A DNA stretch of 64,000 bases from Sphagnum compactum (taxonomy: Eukaryota): positions 26,960,213-27,024,212 of the forward strand of contig OZ234493.1 of NCBI GenBank assembly GCA_965153455.1, given 5' to 3'. The translations under genes were made by a program, and so were the position numbers. The notes under the pieces were generated by a model, which saw only the letters and a list, made by a program, of their open reading frames with translations, ran no database searches and was not told the origin of the DNA. Position 1 is the stretch's first letter. Every line of letters begins with the position of its first letter. Shown piece by piece: positions 40,675 to 54,599 of this stretch.

Positions 40675-41280
40675 GTAAATAGGTAGGTATCCAAAAAGAA
40701 AACAATCCAAGAATAACCAATAAATGAACTTGGAAATGGGTAACCAAATTAGTGGACAAGTCATTAATACCACCATCTCCCCCAAAAGAAACCCCGCCAA
40801 AGTAGGTACTTATTTTACACAAACATATAATTACCATATCAACTATGATGTTTGGCACAAAATAAAACAAAAAAATATTATTGATATTTGCTGAAGTTGT
40901 TGAAAATCAAGCTTTCAACTTGTGAAAAACTATTTATTGTCCCAATCACTAGGTTATTGTAAAAAATACACAGCAAAAGATGCACTTTGCATAGTTGGTT
41001 TCTTACATGTTGAAATTTTGGAAAATTAAATTAAAAATTGTCAAACCTCATTTTTTCAAACATAAATAAATATTCGGCAAAGAAGTGTTGAATGCTCAGT
41101 GGTAGGTACAATAAATAGGTAGGTAGCCAAGAAAAACAATCCTGAAAACACCCAATAAGAAAACAATAGAAAAATTAGTGTACACACAATAAATGAACTT
41201 GGAAATAGCGAAATCAATGGATAAATCATAACACCACCCTCTTCAAAAAAAGAAAACCCAAAAAGGCAGGTACTTATATT
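40675..41280. repeat. Degenerate direct duplication (40675-40815 and 41110-41280)
   Basis: Shared aataggtaggta.ccaa, aataaatgaacttggaaat and aggtacttat in the same order. Confidence 0.7.
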
Positions 41281-42640
41281 CAGCCTTATACTAAAAGATG
41301 AAGCTATTGTGCTTGAGAGCTTCATTCAGATTTTTGGCATGGCATGAACATTATTTTTCAGGATTTTCAACAATTTTAAAAAGTAATTAATTAGTGCCCA
41401 ACCAGGCAAGGTATTACAGTATGTGTGAGAATTGGCTTGCTCAAGTGGATGAAGAGATACTATATTGCTAAGATATAGATAGAGACTTTGAAAAGGACTG
41501 GGTTTAGGGTTTAGGACTCAAATTCGTCCCTATAAACAAGAATATTTATATACATAAACAGTTCATTTTTGCAAAATGGAATTATTATATTTTGTATAAA
41601 CCTTTCTATCTCTTCCCAAATAGATCACCATTTCATCCACCTTGAGTTGCCTTCTTCTAGAACCTTCTTCATCAACCACAAGAAGGCTCTCAAGTGGTGG
41701 TAGATAATGAAGTCTGGTATTTGGTAGGAAGAGCCATGTAGAAGGGAGGCATCCACAAAATGTGGCAGCATGACAGCTGCTGCTACAGTCATTATGTTTT
41801 ATTTCTACTTTGCCACAACAATTCTTGATTAGGAGTTCAAAATGTGCCATCATCTCCTGCTTACAACTCACCCATAAAAAGTAAGAAACCTTTCTTTGTC
41901 CATTAGTGGGTGGCTAGCAAACAAAGAACAAAAGAGACTTATGGGGGAGAAAAAGCCTGTTATGGAGAACACAGAACAAAAGACTGCCCAGAGGAGAGAC
42001 CATCAAAAGAAAAATTTACTCACCTTCAGCTTGGCTTGCACACTAGCAGCTCCATCAAAATTTCCAATTTCCAGAACATAAATGTTGCAACTTTCTTGTA
42101 CATCTGACTTTTATTTTGCTTGCTTGTAATGCTGTCACATGACAAGAACACTGTCTTGGGTAAACACATTACACATGGGACTACAACAATAAAACAAATT
42201 CTCTGAAAAGCCTATCTTATTCCAATTGCCACCTTGCTTGTTTCTTGTTCCGCATTGCCACAAACAAAGCAAGATCCTGATCTAAAGACAGAAGCCCCAA
42301 ATCCCAATGGCATCTACAAAAGGAGAAAGAAGGAACAAGGATTTGCAGCCCAACAAACCCATGCAAAATAGTAGTGCAAACCATTAATTATCCAGCCTTC
42401 TACAAATTGGTTGAAAGAATTTCTCCCCGCAATAATACAAACGGCACCAAAACGGCACCAACATGAGGCCGCGCGCCCCCCGCGCATACACACACACCTC
42501 CCCCTTTGACCATTGCAGAGAAGAACGACGGCATGTCACAGTTCACATAACAAAGCAAAAAGACAGTAGAAGGTCATCGACACGCACAAGAGGAGAAAAC
42601 AGGTGGACAGAGAGAGAGAGAGAAGAAAGAAAACACATAC

Positions 42641-42758
42641 CTGTCTTCATCTCAAACGCGCTCCACCTTCCCGTAGTTGGTGAACATGGTGCTCAATTTC
42701 CGTCTTGCGTGCATTGTACTCGAAGTTTGCAACAATACACCGGCCTTATTCTCGCCAT
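42641..42758 (-). pseudogene. Frameshifted first coding exon of an RS-subfamily SR splicing factor (RS31/RS40-like RRM1)
   Basis: Removing three single-base insertions gives MARIRPVYCCNFEYNARKTEIEHMFTNYGKVERVEMKTG followed by a phase-1 GT donor. This matches the plant RS N-terminal consensus RPV(F/Y)xGNFEYxxRxxxxERxFxxYGxVxRVDMKxG. No downstream RRM exons were recognised. Confidence 0.75.
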
Positions 42759-42795
42759 AGCCTTTTCATCTTTTCCCTCTCTCTCTCTCTGTGTC

Positions 42796-43240
42796 GGACC
42801 CTACCAGTGTACCATGAAGGATGGATGATAAGTGGTCAGGAAACAGTTTTCTGTTGGATTTCCAAGGCGAACTGCAGGCAGTTTTCTGTTGGGTTTCCAA
42901 GGTGAACTGGAATTAGCCGTTTTCTGTTGGGTTTCCAAGGTGAACTGGAAGTAGCCGTTTTCTGTTGGGTTTCCAAGGTCAACTGGAAGAAGCCGTTTTC
43001 TGTTGGGTTTCCAAGGTCAACTGGAAGAAGCCGTTTTCTGTTGGGTTTCCAAGGTGAACCGGAAATTGTTTTCTGTTGGGTTTCCAACGTGAACCAGATA
43101 GTGACTCAGTTGAGGTTCATCCACAACTGATTCATAACCCGCATCCAGTCAATGTTGTTGCACTGGTGGGCGCTGTTTTGCTTTGTCCGGTCGTCGGCAT
43201 GGTGGTGACACGAACCAGGTGTGCGGTTTTTGAGCCGTGT
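42796..43240. repeat. Dispersed repeat carrying a 35-38-bp tandem array (7 units)
   Basis: Units gttttctgttgggtttccaaggt(g/c)aactgg start at 42846, 42881, 42919, 42957, 42995, 43033, 43068. The whole element recurs inverted at ~55140-55408. Confidence 0.85.
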
Positions 43241-44484
43241 GCAGAGAGATTTATGGGCCAATGAGCATTTGTAAAGGCATATAAAACCAATGGAAATTTG
43301 TAAGCCAAGTGCAATTTTAGTTATCCGATTTTAAAAGAAAAAAAAAGGTAACTGTGGATCCAAAGAGTCAAAATTAGGGGAATTAATTTGTTTTTTCTAT
43401 AAAACAATGGAACAAAAGTAAGTACAAAGTAGTACCGTGGGGGTTGCGAATTCTTGCAAATGTTTAACAAATTTTCCCTAAACCCAGAAAGTTTCGTCAC
43501 ATTTTGTCAAAATTTGAACCAAAAAAATCGGCCAAAAAAATCTCAATCAAATTGATGTGTGCATGATACAATAGGCATTGAATGATCAAGGTGACGGTTT
43601 GACATTAAAAAAAATTGTTTGATAACCATGGTTATATACCAAAAATTCGGTGCTTTGATTTGTGATTAAAAATCATAAGAATGACCATGATAATTGCCCA
43701 ACACTAATGTATTTTTTCATGAAATGATAAATAATATTAATGTATAATCTAACTGCCCAACAAAGATTATTCATTAATCTAAAAAAAAAATGTCCTTCAT
43801 TTTTGTTTGATCCATTTATGTTGATTAATGATTTCAAATTCACCAAGCCACATTCAAATAACTATCCCTAGTAATACTTATCAAATTAAATTCTTGAAAA
43901 TTGTCCTCTAATCAAACATTTGTCAAAAAAAAATTCATGGGCACATATATATATTTTAAAATTCTCCAAAAAAGTTCCATACATATGGAATATTTCTAGA
44001 GTTCCTAAGATTGATTAAGTACAGATTTTCAACCCATTTTCAACTCATCTGCAGCTCTCCAATGAAAGGTGCGTGTCCATGCAGCAAGAAACATTGGCCT
44101 GTTCCAGTGCCGCCTGATGGAAAGCCACGATCACTGTAGCTTAATTGAAAGAGACCCTAACTAGTCAGTAATCGCTAAGCCATTGAATGGTGAAGCTGCA
44201 GCCACGACTCTTGTGTCAAAGCATTCTCAACTGTCACTACTCGCAATCTCGCGCGCACACACTCTCTCTCTCTCTCTCTCTCTTAGAGTCGCCGTCGCAA
44301 TTCTCAGGGAGTACTCCGGTGTCACAATTCTCTGCAATTCGCTGAATACTTTGGTGTCGCAAATTCTCTTGCGACTCTGGTGTCGCAATTTTTTTAGCAT
44401 CGTTTTGTTTGTTATTTAGTTGGTTTTTGGTTTGCGCATGTATCGCAAGTAGAGAGTGCATTCCGACAGAGAGAGGGGTGTGGT

Positions 44485-46980
44485 ATGGCAGTTGCATCGT
44501 TGTTAGCCTCACGCAGCAGCAGCTGCTTGTTGCGGAATCGCACAGTCTCGTACCTGACTCCCTCCTGCGCCACTAGTAGTCGATTGCAGTTGTCTTCTGC
44601 TCCTCCTCCAGATGCTACTCATTTCACAAGTGCTGGTGTCGTCATCGCGTTGTCGTCTTCGTTGCAGCATCTTGGACGGAGCAAGCCACTCGTTCCGAGT
44701 TTTCTGCGTCGTCGGTTTTTAGTGTTTCCTGCCGCTTTTGTGGGACTCCTTGCTGCTGGAATGGGGTCGCCTGTCCCGGTTCTGGCCAAAGCCAAAACAT
44801 CGGAAGCCGAAGAGGTGATTGCTTTCTTCTTCTTCTTCATCTTCTTTTTAGGGTTTTCCCCTGCTTCTCTACCTGTTCTCAGCCGGGCTGTCGATTTTGC
44901 AGATTCTCAAAATCCGGAGAATTAGGTTTTGGTATGCTTTCTTGCACTTAGTTGATTGCTCAGGAGTCCAATTGTGTCCACCAGCGATGTACTGGTTGTC
45001 GGTGTGGAGGATTGAGGATCCAACGGTAGGAGTGATTAAATTAGTGCTTGACAAGGATATTCCCTTGATGATGTTAGTAGCCTTAGGGGGGTGGGGGCAG
45101 TGAAGTCTTATGCAGGTATTGAAGACAGTGCAATGGCCTGAGCAGTTTCCGTTCAAGACTGAGGACTTCCAACGCTACGATGAGTGAGTGCGTCCCCCTA
45201 GCTCCTGCACCTTTTGCATGTCCAGTCTATTTTTTGTATCAACCATTTTCTCTTCAAAGCCTTCCAGTTCTTTGCCCGATTGGATTTCACACACAGTCAA
45301 TAATGTATCAGCAGTCAAGACATAATTTTAGATTAAACTGCTAATTAGCTATACTCCTTGAGAACTCTTACACAAACCCTTGAACACAGTTGTGGATGCT
45401 GGCGGGTGTGTGCTTTGTTTCAGGTCCCCAGACACAGACTTTTATTCAGCTCCCCGTTTTGTAACACATATTGATGATTATGCCATCAATGCTCTCACTA
45501 AATACTATGCATCAGTGTTTCCAGCTAGCAATTCTCCAGGGGTTGTTATTCTTGACATGTGCAGCAGTTGGGTAAGTCACCTGCACTCTGTTGTTATGTG
45601 TACTATTATCAGACACATGCCTCTTGGCAAGTACTTTTGTGTGTCGTTCCTCTTAGATCTCCAACTTAGCATGTATGTGGACAGAGTTTAGCACCAGTGC
45701 TTACCTTGCATGTGATTGATGCAGATAAGCCATTATCCAAAGGGATATAAGCAGGAGAAAATTGTTGGTATGGGGCTCAATGCCGATGAACTCAAGCGCA
45801 ATCCGGTAATTCATCTCCCAATTGTTTTGAATCAAATTTTCACTTAGGGTAGAGGGGGAACATTTAGTAGCTTCATGTAATCTTGTCATCTCTGAAAGAA
45901 TTTTAGGATAATGTGTACCGTATGACATGCTGATGGATGTAACCATGTTTTGCAGATGAGGTGTTATTGCCACTTTGTGAATTTCATCTGGACATTGCAT
46001 CATCTGGAACCCAGATAGATATGCAGCAGTAGTGAACATAGACTTGCACATAACAAGAGATGCATGCTTGGTCAGGCATTTTGATGAAGTTGTGGAATGA
46101 TTTGGCAGGTTTTGACAGAGTATGTTGTTCAGGATTTAAACACAAATCCTGTGCTTCCTTTTCAAGACAACACATTTGATGTCATCACTAATGTGGTACT
46201 GGTGTTACTATTCATTCACAAAATGCTCCATGCTGCATTTTGTAGATCTTTGGTTCAGTATATCATCAAAGGTTAGTGACGATTAAGATGACTGCCAACT
46301 CTCTGATGTCAAAAAGTTGTCAAGAGTCTTTATTTTTTCTTAGTTGTGCTTTGTAGGTGAGTGTTGACTATTTGACAAAACCATTGGAGGTGTTTAGGGA
46401 GATGAACCGAGTTCTGAAGCCTGGAGGTTTGGCTGTTATGAGGTAAGTCATTACCTGGCAGAATGCCTCCATACCCTATTTCTTCAATGATGAACAACTG
46501 ACTGCTTCCTTTATTAGTACTGATGTAAAATAACAGTCTAGGTAGTAGGCATTTTAACTGAGTTTGTGTTTTTGCCTGAGATCATGGGTAATATCTTAAG
46601 TTGACAGCAGGTGACCAACTACAGGATTGTTTGATGATGTGCAGTTTTTCCAACCGCTGTTTCTTCACAAAAGCTATTTCAATATGGACATCTACTGGAG
46701 ACATTGACCATGTTTGGATTGTTGGGTCATATTTTCATTATGCCAAAGGATTTGAACCTCCTCAGGTACAACAATATGCTCCTCATTTTCAACAGTGAAG
46801 TATGCAATTAAAGCATTTGTGTGACACTTTTGAGGATGTAAAATTTGCAGAACCTGAAAAAAATGTCCTAAGAAATTTAAAATGTTGTTTTGGTTGCAGG
46901 CGGTAGACATATCACCCAACCCAGGAAGGACTGATCCAATGTACGTGGTCTTCTCTAGAAAATTGAGGGCTGAAGCTTAG
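44485..46980 (+). CDS. SAM-dependent methyltransferase (type 11-like) with N-terminal plastid transit peptide, ~333 aa
   Basis: Exons 44485-44814, 45116-45183, 45424-45571, 45725-45805, 46109-46195, 46357-46442, 46645-46765, 46900-46980 join in frame (1002 nt). Motifs FYSAPRFVTHIDD, ILDMCSSWISH, FDVITNVVSVDYL, RVLKPGG, SFSNRCF, DPMYVV. Ser/Arg-rich N-terminus. Confidence 0.92.
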
Positions 46981-49475
46981 GTTCCAAGATTTTACCTTTG
47001 CTATTACTGAGACTCTGTAGATTATTGTTCACTTTGGGGATTCAAGGTTTTTCAGAATAGGTAGTTGACATTGAGCTTCATAGCATTGTGGATGAGTTCA
47101 GTCACAATTGAGTCATCCAACAAGCTATTATTATTATCTCAATAGCATCAATAGCTGTTATTCCTCAGTTTGAGAGTTAAGAGAGGTTTTGCTACTTCGG
47201 GTAGAATGTACGTAGGCTTTGCTGCCTTAAGGTCCACCCAATTGAATAGCTTGCAAATGCAAGCTCTTAGGATATGAGAAATGTTTTCTAATAGTGCCAG
47301 GATTGATTGTGCCTTTAAGGGAACCTCCGATCTAGTAATGTCAACATTGGAAGCCATCCCAAATGGCCCATGGGCTCTATCCAATCTAAATCTTACAGCA
47401 CAGAAGCAACCCTCCACATGTAACCAAGAGTGTTCTTTTTTCAAGCAGATGAACATGTTGTAGAAATGGTATTCCATTTCACAGAGTTCCTTTCTGTTTT
47501 CCAGAGAGCAAATCTTAAGTTCTCTAAATAGTGGGGAGTGGGTGTGGTGATCATCATAGCAAGAGCAATGTGTTTTTTTTTGCCAGAAAACAAATGACTT
47601 TTCAAGAATTCCAAGTCACAAGAAAATTTCCTAGAGTCATTTAGGAAAATAAGAAAACCATTTTTTAATGAAAAAAAAGTAAAACTCTTTGATTGCCAAT
47701 TAGGAACTACTATGTGGATTTCATTCTACATTCCACCCCCGCAAGGTTATTGCTTTCTTTCAAAGGTGATTGTCTTGGGAGTCCATTTCTAAACCTCAAA
47801 AGATGATTTTTTCGCAATTGGGTTCCATAAGAACTTTGAAGTTAAGCCCAAGTGACCATAATAGTTTAGGGGTGATTGACCTTATGAGAAGTTTAATATA
47901 CTTGACCACCAGTACAAGGGTTCAGTGGTCTTATTGGAGAAACATTGGTTGCTTTTGAACTATTTGTATACTCAAAACAATATAAATTTAAATCAAACAT
48001 GCAAAAACACTGTCACAATATGAACCTCTATATGAGCTTTACACATTATGTTTGCAAATTACACCACAAATTCTTTGTTCTTTCCATCATCATTTAATTT
48101 ATGAATTAAAGGTAACTTTAGCCATGCGACATTCTAATGAATGTTAGTTTTCTTTGTCCCATAAATTGTTAATGTTAGTAACAAGGACATTTCACTTTTG
48201 GTTTCAGTTGCTTGTCTAGCTTTTTCTTCTAGGTTTGAAGTATTTGTGACTTGGTTCTTTGTTTTTGCATTATGTTTTGGCCTGTGCCTCTGTTCTGGTG
48301 CTGGATTCTCTGCTTAATGAAGTGGTGTTGATCCCACCTTTGGTGCAAGTCTGGCACTGAGGGAACCGCTTGATTTTAGATAGACTTGAACAAATTAGTA
48401 GGTTTGTTCCTCTAGTCCTTCACCTGCAATTCTTTGTGGAAATAAGAATGTGGCTTGGTGGGAGGGATGTTTGGGCTGGTTTTAGATCTTTGTCCTTGTT
48501 TACCATAGATAAAAACAGCTGAACTCATGTCTGTTTGTGATGTTTCAATATTTGCGGTTGTGTCCATGAGACTGAGGAGGATAAAAAATATTGTTGTATC
48601 TAGGCAAGTCCCTGTCATCTCATAATTGTACCCAACCGCCCCAGTGAAAAATCGTGTGAATTTAGGAATAGGGAATGCAGTTGTTTATGTTCTTGACTTG
48701 TAGAACTTCTGATGTGACAATGAATTCAATCATTGCTTACATGCTTTTGATCATGTATTGCGTAAACTCTTCTGATACTTTTCTGCTGTAAACAAATGTT
48801 TGTCGTGTAAGTTTGTGCAGTTTTGCACAACCTTAATTGGCAATATTGGAGAGTGTCTCAGTTACTGTGTGGGACAGGTATGATTATCAAATTGTAGATG
48901 ATGGATCCGTTGGGTTTGGAAGAGAGTGAAGCCGGCACAAAAAGAAACAAGTGTTGGGTTTAGCGTTGGGCATTTCATAAAACGGAACACCTGTTGTACA
49001 CACTGGTCTCATTATTACATTTAATAATGTACCCTCTATATATACTGTGAAATTTGGAGCAGTGCTTTATGTACAATTACATGTATATTCTGATTCATAT
49101 TAATTAGTTGCGAGAACCCCCAAAGTTCTTTTTTTTGGGGTGATGAGCATTCTTGATTGGCCCATCACAAAGAAAATTAATGAAGCTTTCAACAGTCCCA
49201 AAATAGAATATGTTGTATTCTCCTCCTTTGGGCTCCTCATACATGTAACAATAGCAAAACTTATAGCATGTTCACATTTCCACCACCCATTATGGGATAC
49301 ATTTGCAACTAATTTCAATTATGATTCACATTAATATAATTAGTATGGTCATTAGTGTGTCACTACTAAAGTACTAATGTTCAACTATATTATGACTATA
49401 ATATAATTACTTATAATTTAATAAGGATACATATTCATCAACTTATATCTTCATCATATGTGTTTCATTTTGAGG

Positions 49476-49978
49476 GATTTAAAATGTTATGAGAATGCTA
49501 CTTCAAGTTCTAAAAATCATCTTTGAAGTGCAAAGGAAAATGGGTAATGAAAAATAACAAGAAGAAATATAAACTTTCCAACTTACAAAACATGTTTTTT
49601 TTCCTTTTTTTTTTTGGGACCCCTCCTATTTTCAAACGGCATAACTTTCTTATTTCTTATTCAATTTAAATGATTTAAAATGTTATAAGAATGGCACCTA
49701 TAATTCTACAAATCATTTTTGAACTTTAATAACAATAGAACAACATACAAGGAATTTTGTTGGTGTTTGGGAACCGGCCTTTGTATCATTTGGTGGTTTG
49801 TTTTTTTGAGTTTGTGACCCCCTTTACTTTGAAGGGCCATAACTTTCTCAATTTTATTCTGTTTTTTATGATTTTTAGTGCACCAAATGCACCGATAGGA
49901 GGGGTTCAAGTTTTGTTTAAACACCAAAAACAATGGAGCCCTCCTGTTGGATATGGCCTGCCTTGAATGTTTAAGTGT
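49476..49978. mobile_element. Second, TIR-less copy of the 3051-3660 element body
   Basis: Colinear similarity to 3134-3635 (e.g. gatttaaaatgttat...aaatcatctttgaa...ataggagggg...gcctgcc). Confidence 0.7.
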
Positions 49979-52900
49979 TACAATTGCAACTCAATTTGCA
50001 ACTAATGAACAATTAAAAGATTTAACCCATATGTTTTATTTTCAAATCCCATGTTACAAACTATATAAAGAAGGTTTGTTCTTTTAATTTTTCACATTAA
50101 AATATATGTGCCATTTCGTGATGATTTTAATGTTTAACCTAAAGGCAAAACATAAAATAAAAAATAAAATTTCATGACTATTCTTTAATGCATTTAGTCT
50201 TGTGCTTTCCCACCTACATATCTACTAGGTAGGTAGGTAAATCCTAGGTAAATATATAAGTATGTAGATTTAAAAACCTACCAACCTACTTACCTATGGT
50301 TATGTAGGACCTACCTAACTACTATTAATATATATATTCATAATATAAATAATATGCCATGTGGCAATTTTTTATTATGTGACATGTCACAATATCGGAC
50401 CATCATTAAGAATCATAATGGACAATTGAAATCAATATTTTGAAAAAAAAATTATGTCAAAAAATGTTCATAATGCCACATGTTGTATTTTAATAGATGG
50501 ATGATAATTAATGACATCAACATGACATCATGGGTGTAATTATAATGGAGTTGCATAGTAGTTGAAAATGAGTTGTTTTGATTAAGTTGTAATGAGTTGC
50601 ATTGTATATACAATGAGTTGTAACTCTGCAACTCAAAAATTGAATTACAAGGCTAATTGCAAAACACCTTTTCTTTTCACAGTGATAAAAGGTATAAATC
50701 ATGACAAAATTTAATGTAACATGTAAAAATTAATGTGTTAGAAGTATATTTATTCATTTTAAATTATATCATCATGGATTATCCATTGTAAAAATATCAA
50801 TGAAAATAAATATTATAAAACACTTCTACATTTTTTCCTTCTTATATTTTGGTCCTTTATTAATTTCAAGAAATATTGTTCGTTGATATAATAGTGATGT
50901 TGTAGGAATAATAACTTACACAATCTGGAAAATACTCTCAAACTTGTTTGAGTAACTTCCACTTAATGGAAATTACCCACAAGCATGTCCCTTCTCATTA
51001 TCCCTATCATTGTAATGGTGTCCTTCTATAATGTCATAGTCACAATGACACTTTACGTAAGGAAAATGTTTGTTAATAGACCCTTTTACAAAACAACCAT
51101 ATGGACAATATAAAAAACCCTTAGAACATTAAATAAAATGAAATACCTATATAAAAACTATTGAACTTAAAGGCCTTGAAAAAAATGAAAACCTCACTAA
51201 AATAACATTTAAAATTTCAATCCTTAAAAATCAATTTAGGATGCCCCAAAAATTCAACATCAATTTTCCAAGTCCAACCATTCCTTTCATGAAATGACAT
51301 TTCTACTTACCGTTACTTACAATATGGTCACATTCAATTGTTATTCCCAATGTAAAATAACTTAATAAATTTCTTAAGTGTATTTGGAAGACATTTTACA
51401 TTTGTGAACATCTTTTTTAGAACGGAAAAGAGATCTTACACCCTTAAGGAAATAAGATACATTTTATAGGTGTAAAATCATTCCCACCTTTGAAGAGTAG
51501 GCATGAAAAACCTCACCTCGTACCCCATGATCTATGTATGTTTAGGTTCATGATAATGGTTGTCATATGGCTTTATTATGCGTAAAGTTTTAGGTTGAAG
51601 AACATTGGACATTCCCAAAATGCAAGGCAAACAATTTGGCCTTATTCTGGGAATGTCCCCACCTTGAAGCTTTACCTTCACTTTAACCACAAATTCTCAC
51701 TTGCCAATGTCTCTTGGGTTACAAATTATGACCTTGATTGAATCAGATTACCTTCTTTGTAATCAAAGATGTGCTAGATATCCTCCATTATAAAACACTA
51801 GTAAAAAATCTTTAATTATCTAAACTTTTTAAGTCACCTTATCCAATAAATTTTCTTTGGGCAATATTGATGCAATTATGTATGTTTGCGAACCTTTTTT
51901 AAATCATGATTTTGAGCATAAAATGAATTTATTGCAATAAAACACCAAATTGAGGAAATCAAAAGGAAAATGAAAAAACATATTTTTTTCAAAATGTTGC
52001 CTAATTAGATGTTCAAATATTAATATTGCTACTCAAGACCATTGACATGATGAATCAACTATAAAATCCAAGTAACAAATTAGAAATGAAAATGAAAAAT
52101 TGTCCACCAAAGGGTGGAAATCATGACATAAATGATCCAATTGGTATAGTTTTGATTTAACATGCCTAACAATTATATTTAAAAAGATTTTGTGGAGAAG
52201 GTGATCACAATGGAGAAGTGAAAATTAATGTTTTTTTTAGGAATTATTTTATGTAGCAAAAATGGCCATCATACACACACACACACCCATGCGCGCTGTG
52301 ATTGTCCTTAACAAAATTCAATCAAATTTGGCCATAAACCAAATTTGAAAGACAAAGATCATTTAAATAGTTTTTGGCTACATATTATATATATATAATG
52401 GGTTTTGAATATTTTTTCGTTCATTTGATGGGGATTGAAACCCTCCCAATCATTTCATGTTAGAATTGTTAGCGCATCTTTGTTGTTACATGATATTTGG
52501 GTCATATTTTATTATATCCAAATACAGCCTTGCATTTTTGTCCCTCCCTTGCACATAAACAATATGTATTGAAGAAAGATCTACATGTTCACACATGAAC
52601 CAATCCTTGTGACTAACCAATCGATAACAATCAATGTGTGATCAATAAATGCAATTAATCAAGTAGCATCAGCCCTTTTCTTTTCTCAACACTATTATTC
52701 ACCCACTAAATGTTTGGTAAGAATGCCAATGCAAGTTGATATTTAAACCAACTTGATGTAGTAGTCATTCAAAATTTGACATCACTACTACAAAATGTGG
52801 GTGCAGTTCATTAGTCCCCATTCACTATACTAGTGAATTTATTTCTTCTTCACTGGTCTTCGTTCACTACAACCAGTGGATTCACTCAAAATCCAATGAA

Positions 52901-54159
52901 ATCACTTGACGTACAGGGACACCTTTTGTTGCAGTGCATGTAGGCTTCTTTTACGCGGTATGAAGGAGATACCTTTAGTTTTCAATTTCGCTTTAAAAAA
53001 AAATGCTAATAAAAGAAGGTTGATGGGAGCCTTTTGGGCCTTTGATGAAAAGTTGGAAAAACGAGGAGGAAACTTGCACAAAATTGTAAAAAGAAAATTA
53101 TTTGTTTATCAGACAACTCAAAATTATCATCATAATACTTGGTGGCTTCAACAAAAATTATGTTATTTTTAGAAATGCCAACATTTTCAAAAAATGCTTT
53201 TCTCAAAGAGAATTTTTTTGTGAAGGAAAAATGAAAAATATTTTGGAATATTCTGTTTCTCAAAATGAAATATTCAAAATTAATGAAAATTAACATCTTT
53301 CTATCATGTTCAATGCTTGTTTTTATGCATAAGGAAAAACATTAGAACGCACACCTTTTCTCCAAACGTGTTATTGATGTTGGAACCAAAGTGTGGGCCA
53401 TACATTTAATAGATTCTGACATTTTACTCTTCCTCATTCATGTTTATGCATGACGCCTGAAATCAGGAAATAAACAATCTTGAATGCAAGAAATATTGTT
53501 GCAAGACCAAAATGCCGAGTATGGGTGGAATTGTTGTAAGAGGGTTTGGCTGGGCCCATCATTGAGCAAGCTCAGTACTAGCACTTACTACTTAAGTGTA
53601 CATGAGGTCAAATAGACCATTCTTTTCCTGCAATAAGAGCAATGCCAATCAACAAGCCACAAAATAAGATGCAAAACAAGTGCCAACATTTTATAAAATA
53701 ATCCACACATTTCATTCTATTCCACGAGAAGAGAGTGTAAAAGGCATCTGATATTTTTAAAGGCACATCGAGCAAAGTTGTCCATCCTCCCCACTCTGCG
53801 CTTTTCTTTTTTCGTATTTGTGATGTCAAAATTTTAGCTACTTTTGCCCCCCAAAATTGCAAAATTGGTCGAAATTACACTAGAAAAACATTTTTTCGAA
53901 AATTTTCCAGACTAATTTCTTGTTGAAAAAAAGGAGAATATTCGCTCCCAAAAAAAGCACTGCCCCCACTACAATGGAGAGAGCAATGCTGCCAATCAAC
54001 AAACAGTGGAATATAATTGAAAAACGTGTGTGTGCCGACAATTTATAAAGTGAATCAACATTTTCCATTCTATTTCACAAAAGTGAATGAAACAAGGCAG
54101 CACAGACGACAAGGATATGCCCCTGGCAATGAATCGAGAAGATGTTGTACATTTACGTA

Positions 54160-54348
54160 TTGTGTCCACACTCTGAACACCAAAACAATCCATTCCAATC
54201 TAAACAATCTAAAACACTTTCATTGTGTCCACACTCTGAACACCAAAACAATCCATTCCAATCTAAACAATCTAAAACACTTTCATTGTGTCCACACTCT
54301 GAACACCAAAACAATCCATTCCAATCTAAACAATCGAAAACACTTTCA
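54160..54348. repeat. 63-bp tandem repeat x3, near perfect
   Basis: ttgtgtccacactctgaacaccaaaacaatccattccaatctaaacaatc(t/g)aaaacactttca occurs three times. Confidence 0.95.
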
Positions 54349-54599
54349 CCAAAGAAATCGGTCTTCATCTAATGTGAAACTCATTCTAATAAGGTAAAAC
54401 AACCTTCCAAAAGCTGGACCCAATGCAATAGTCCCTGAGCAGGGCCCAAAAAAGCATTACTATTATTATGAATGAAGAGAAGGGAGCCAAGAGAAGGGAG
54501 CCAAAATGTTCACATGGAACCAATGTGAAAATTGTCGTTTTGTTTTGGATGGAGCACCATTAGTGATTGGACTACATATATATACTGGGCAAGAGCAGG

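Noticed and set aside
42846..43095. CRISPR-like regularly spaced repeats
   Set aside because: Units are directly adjacent with only 5-9 similar variable bases, so there are no unique spacers. No cas genes, and the context is eukaryotic.
54017..54397. ORFs with 21-aa repeats in several frames
   Set aside because: By-product of a 63-bp tandem repeat that is open on both strands. No other sign of coding.
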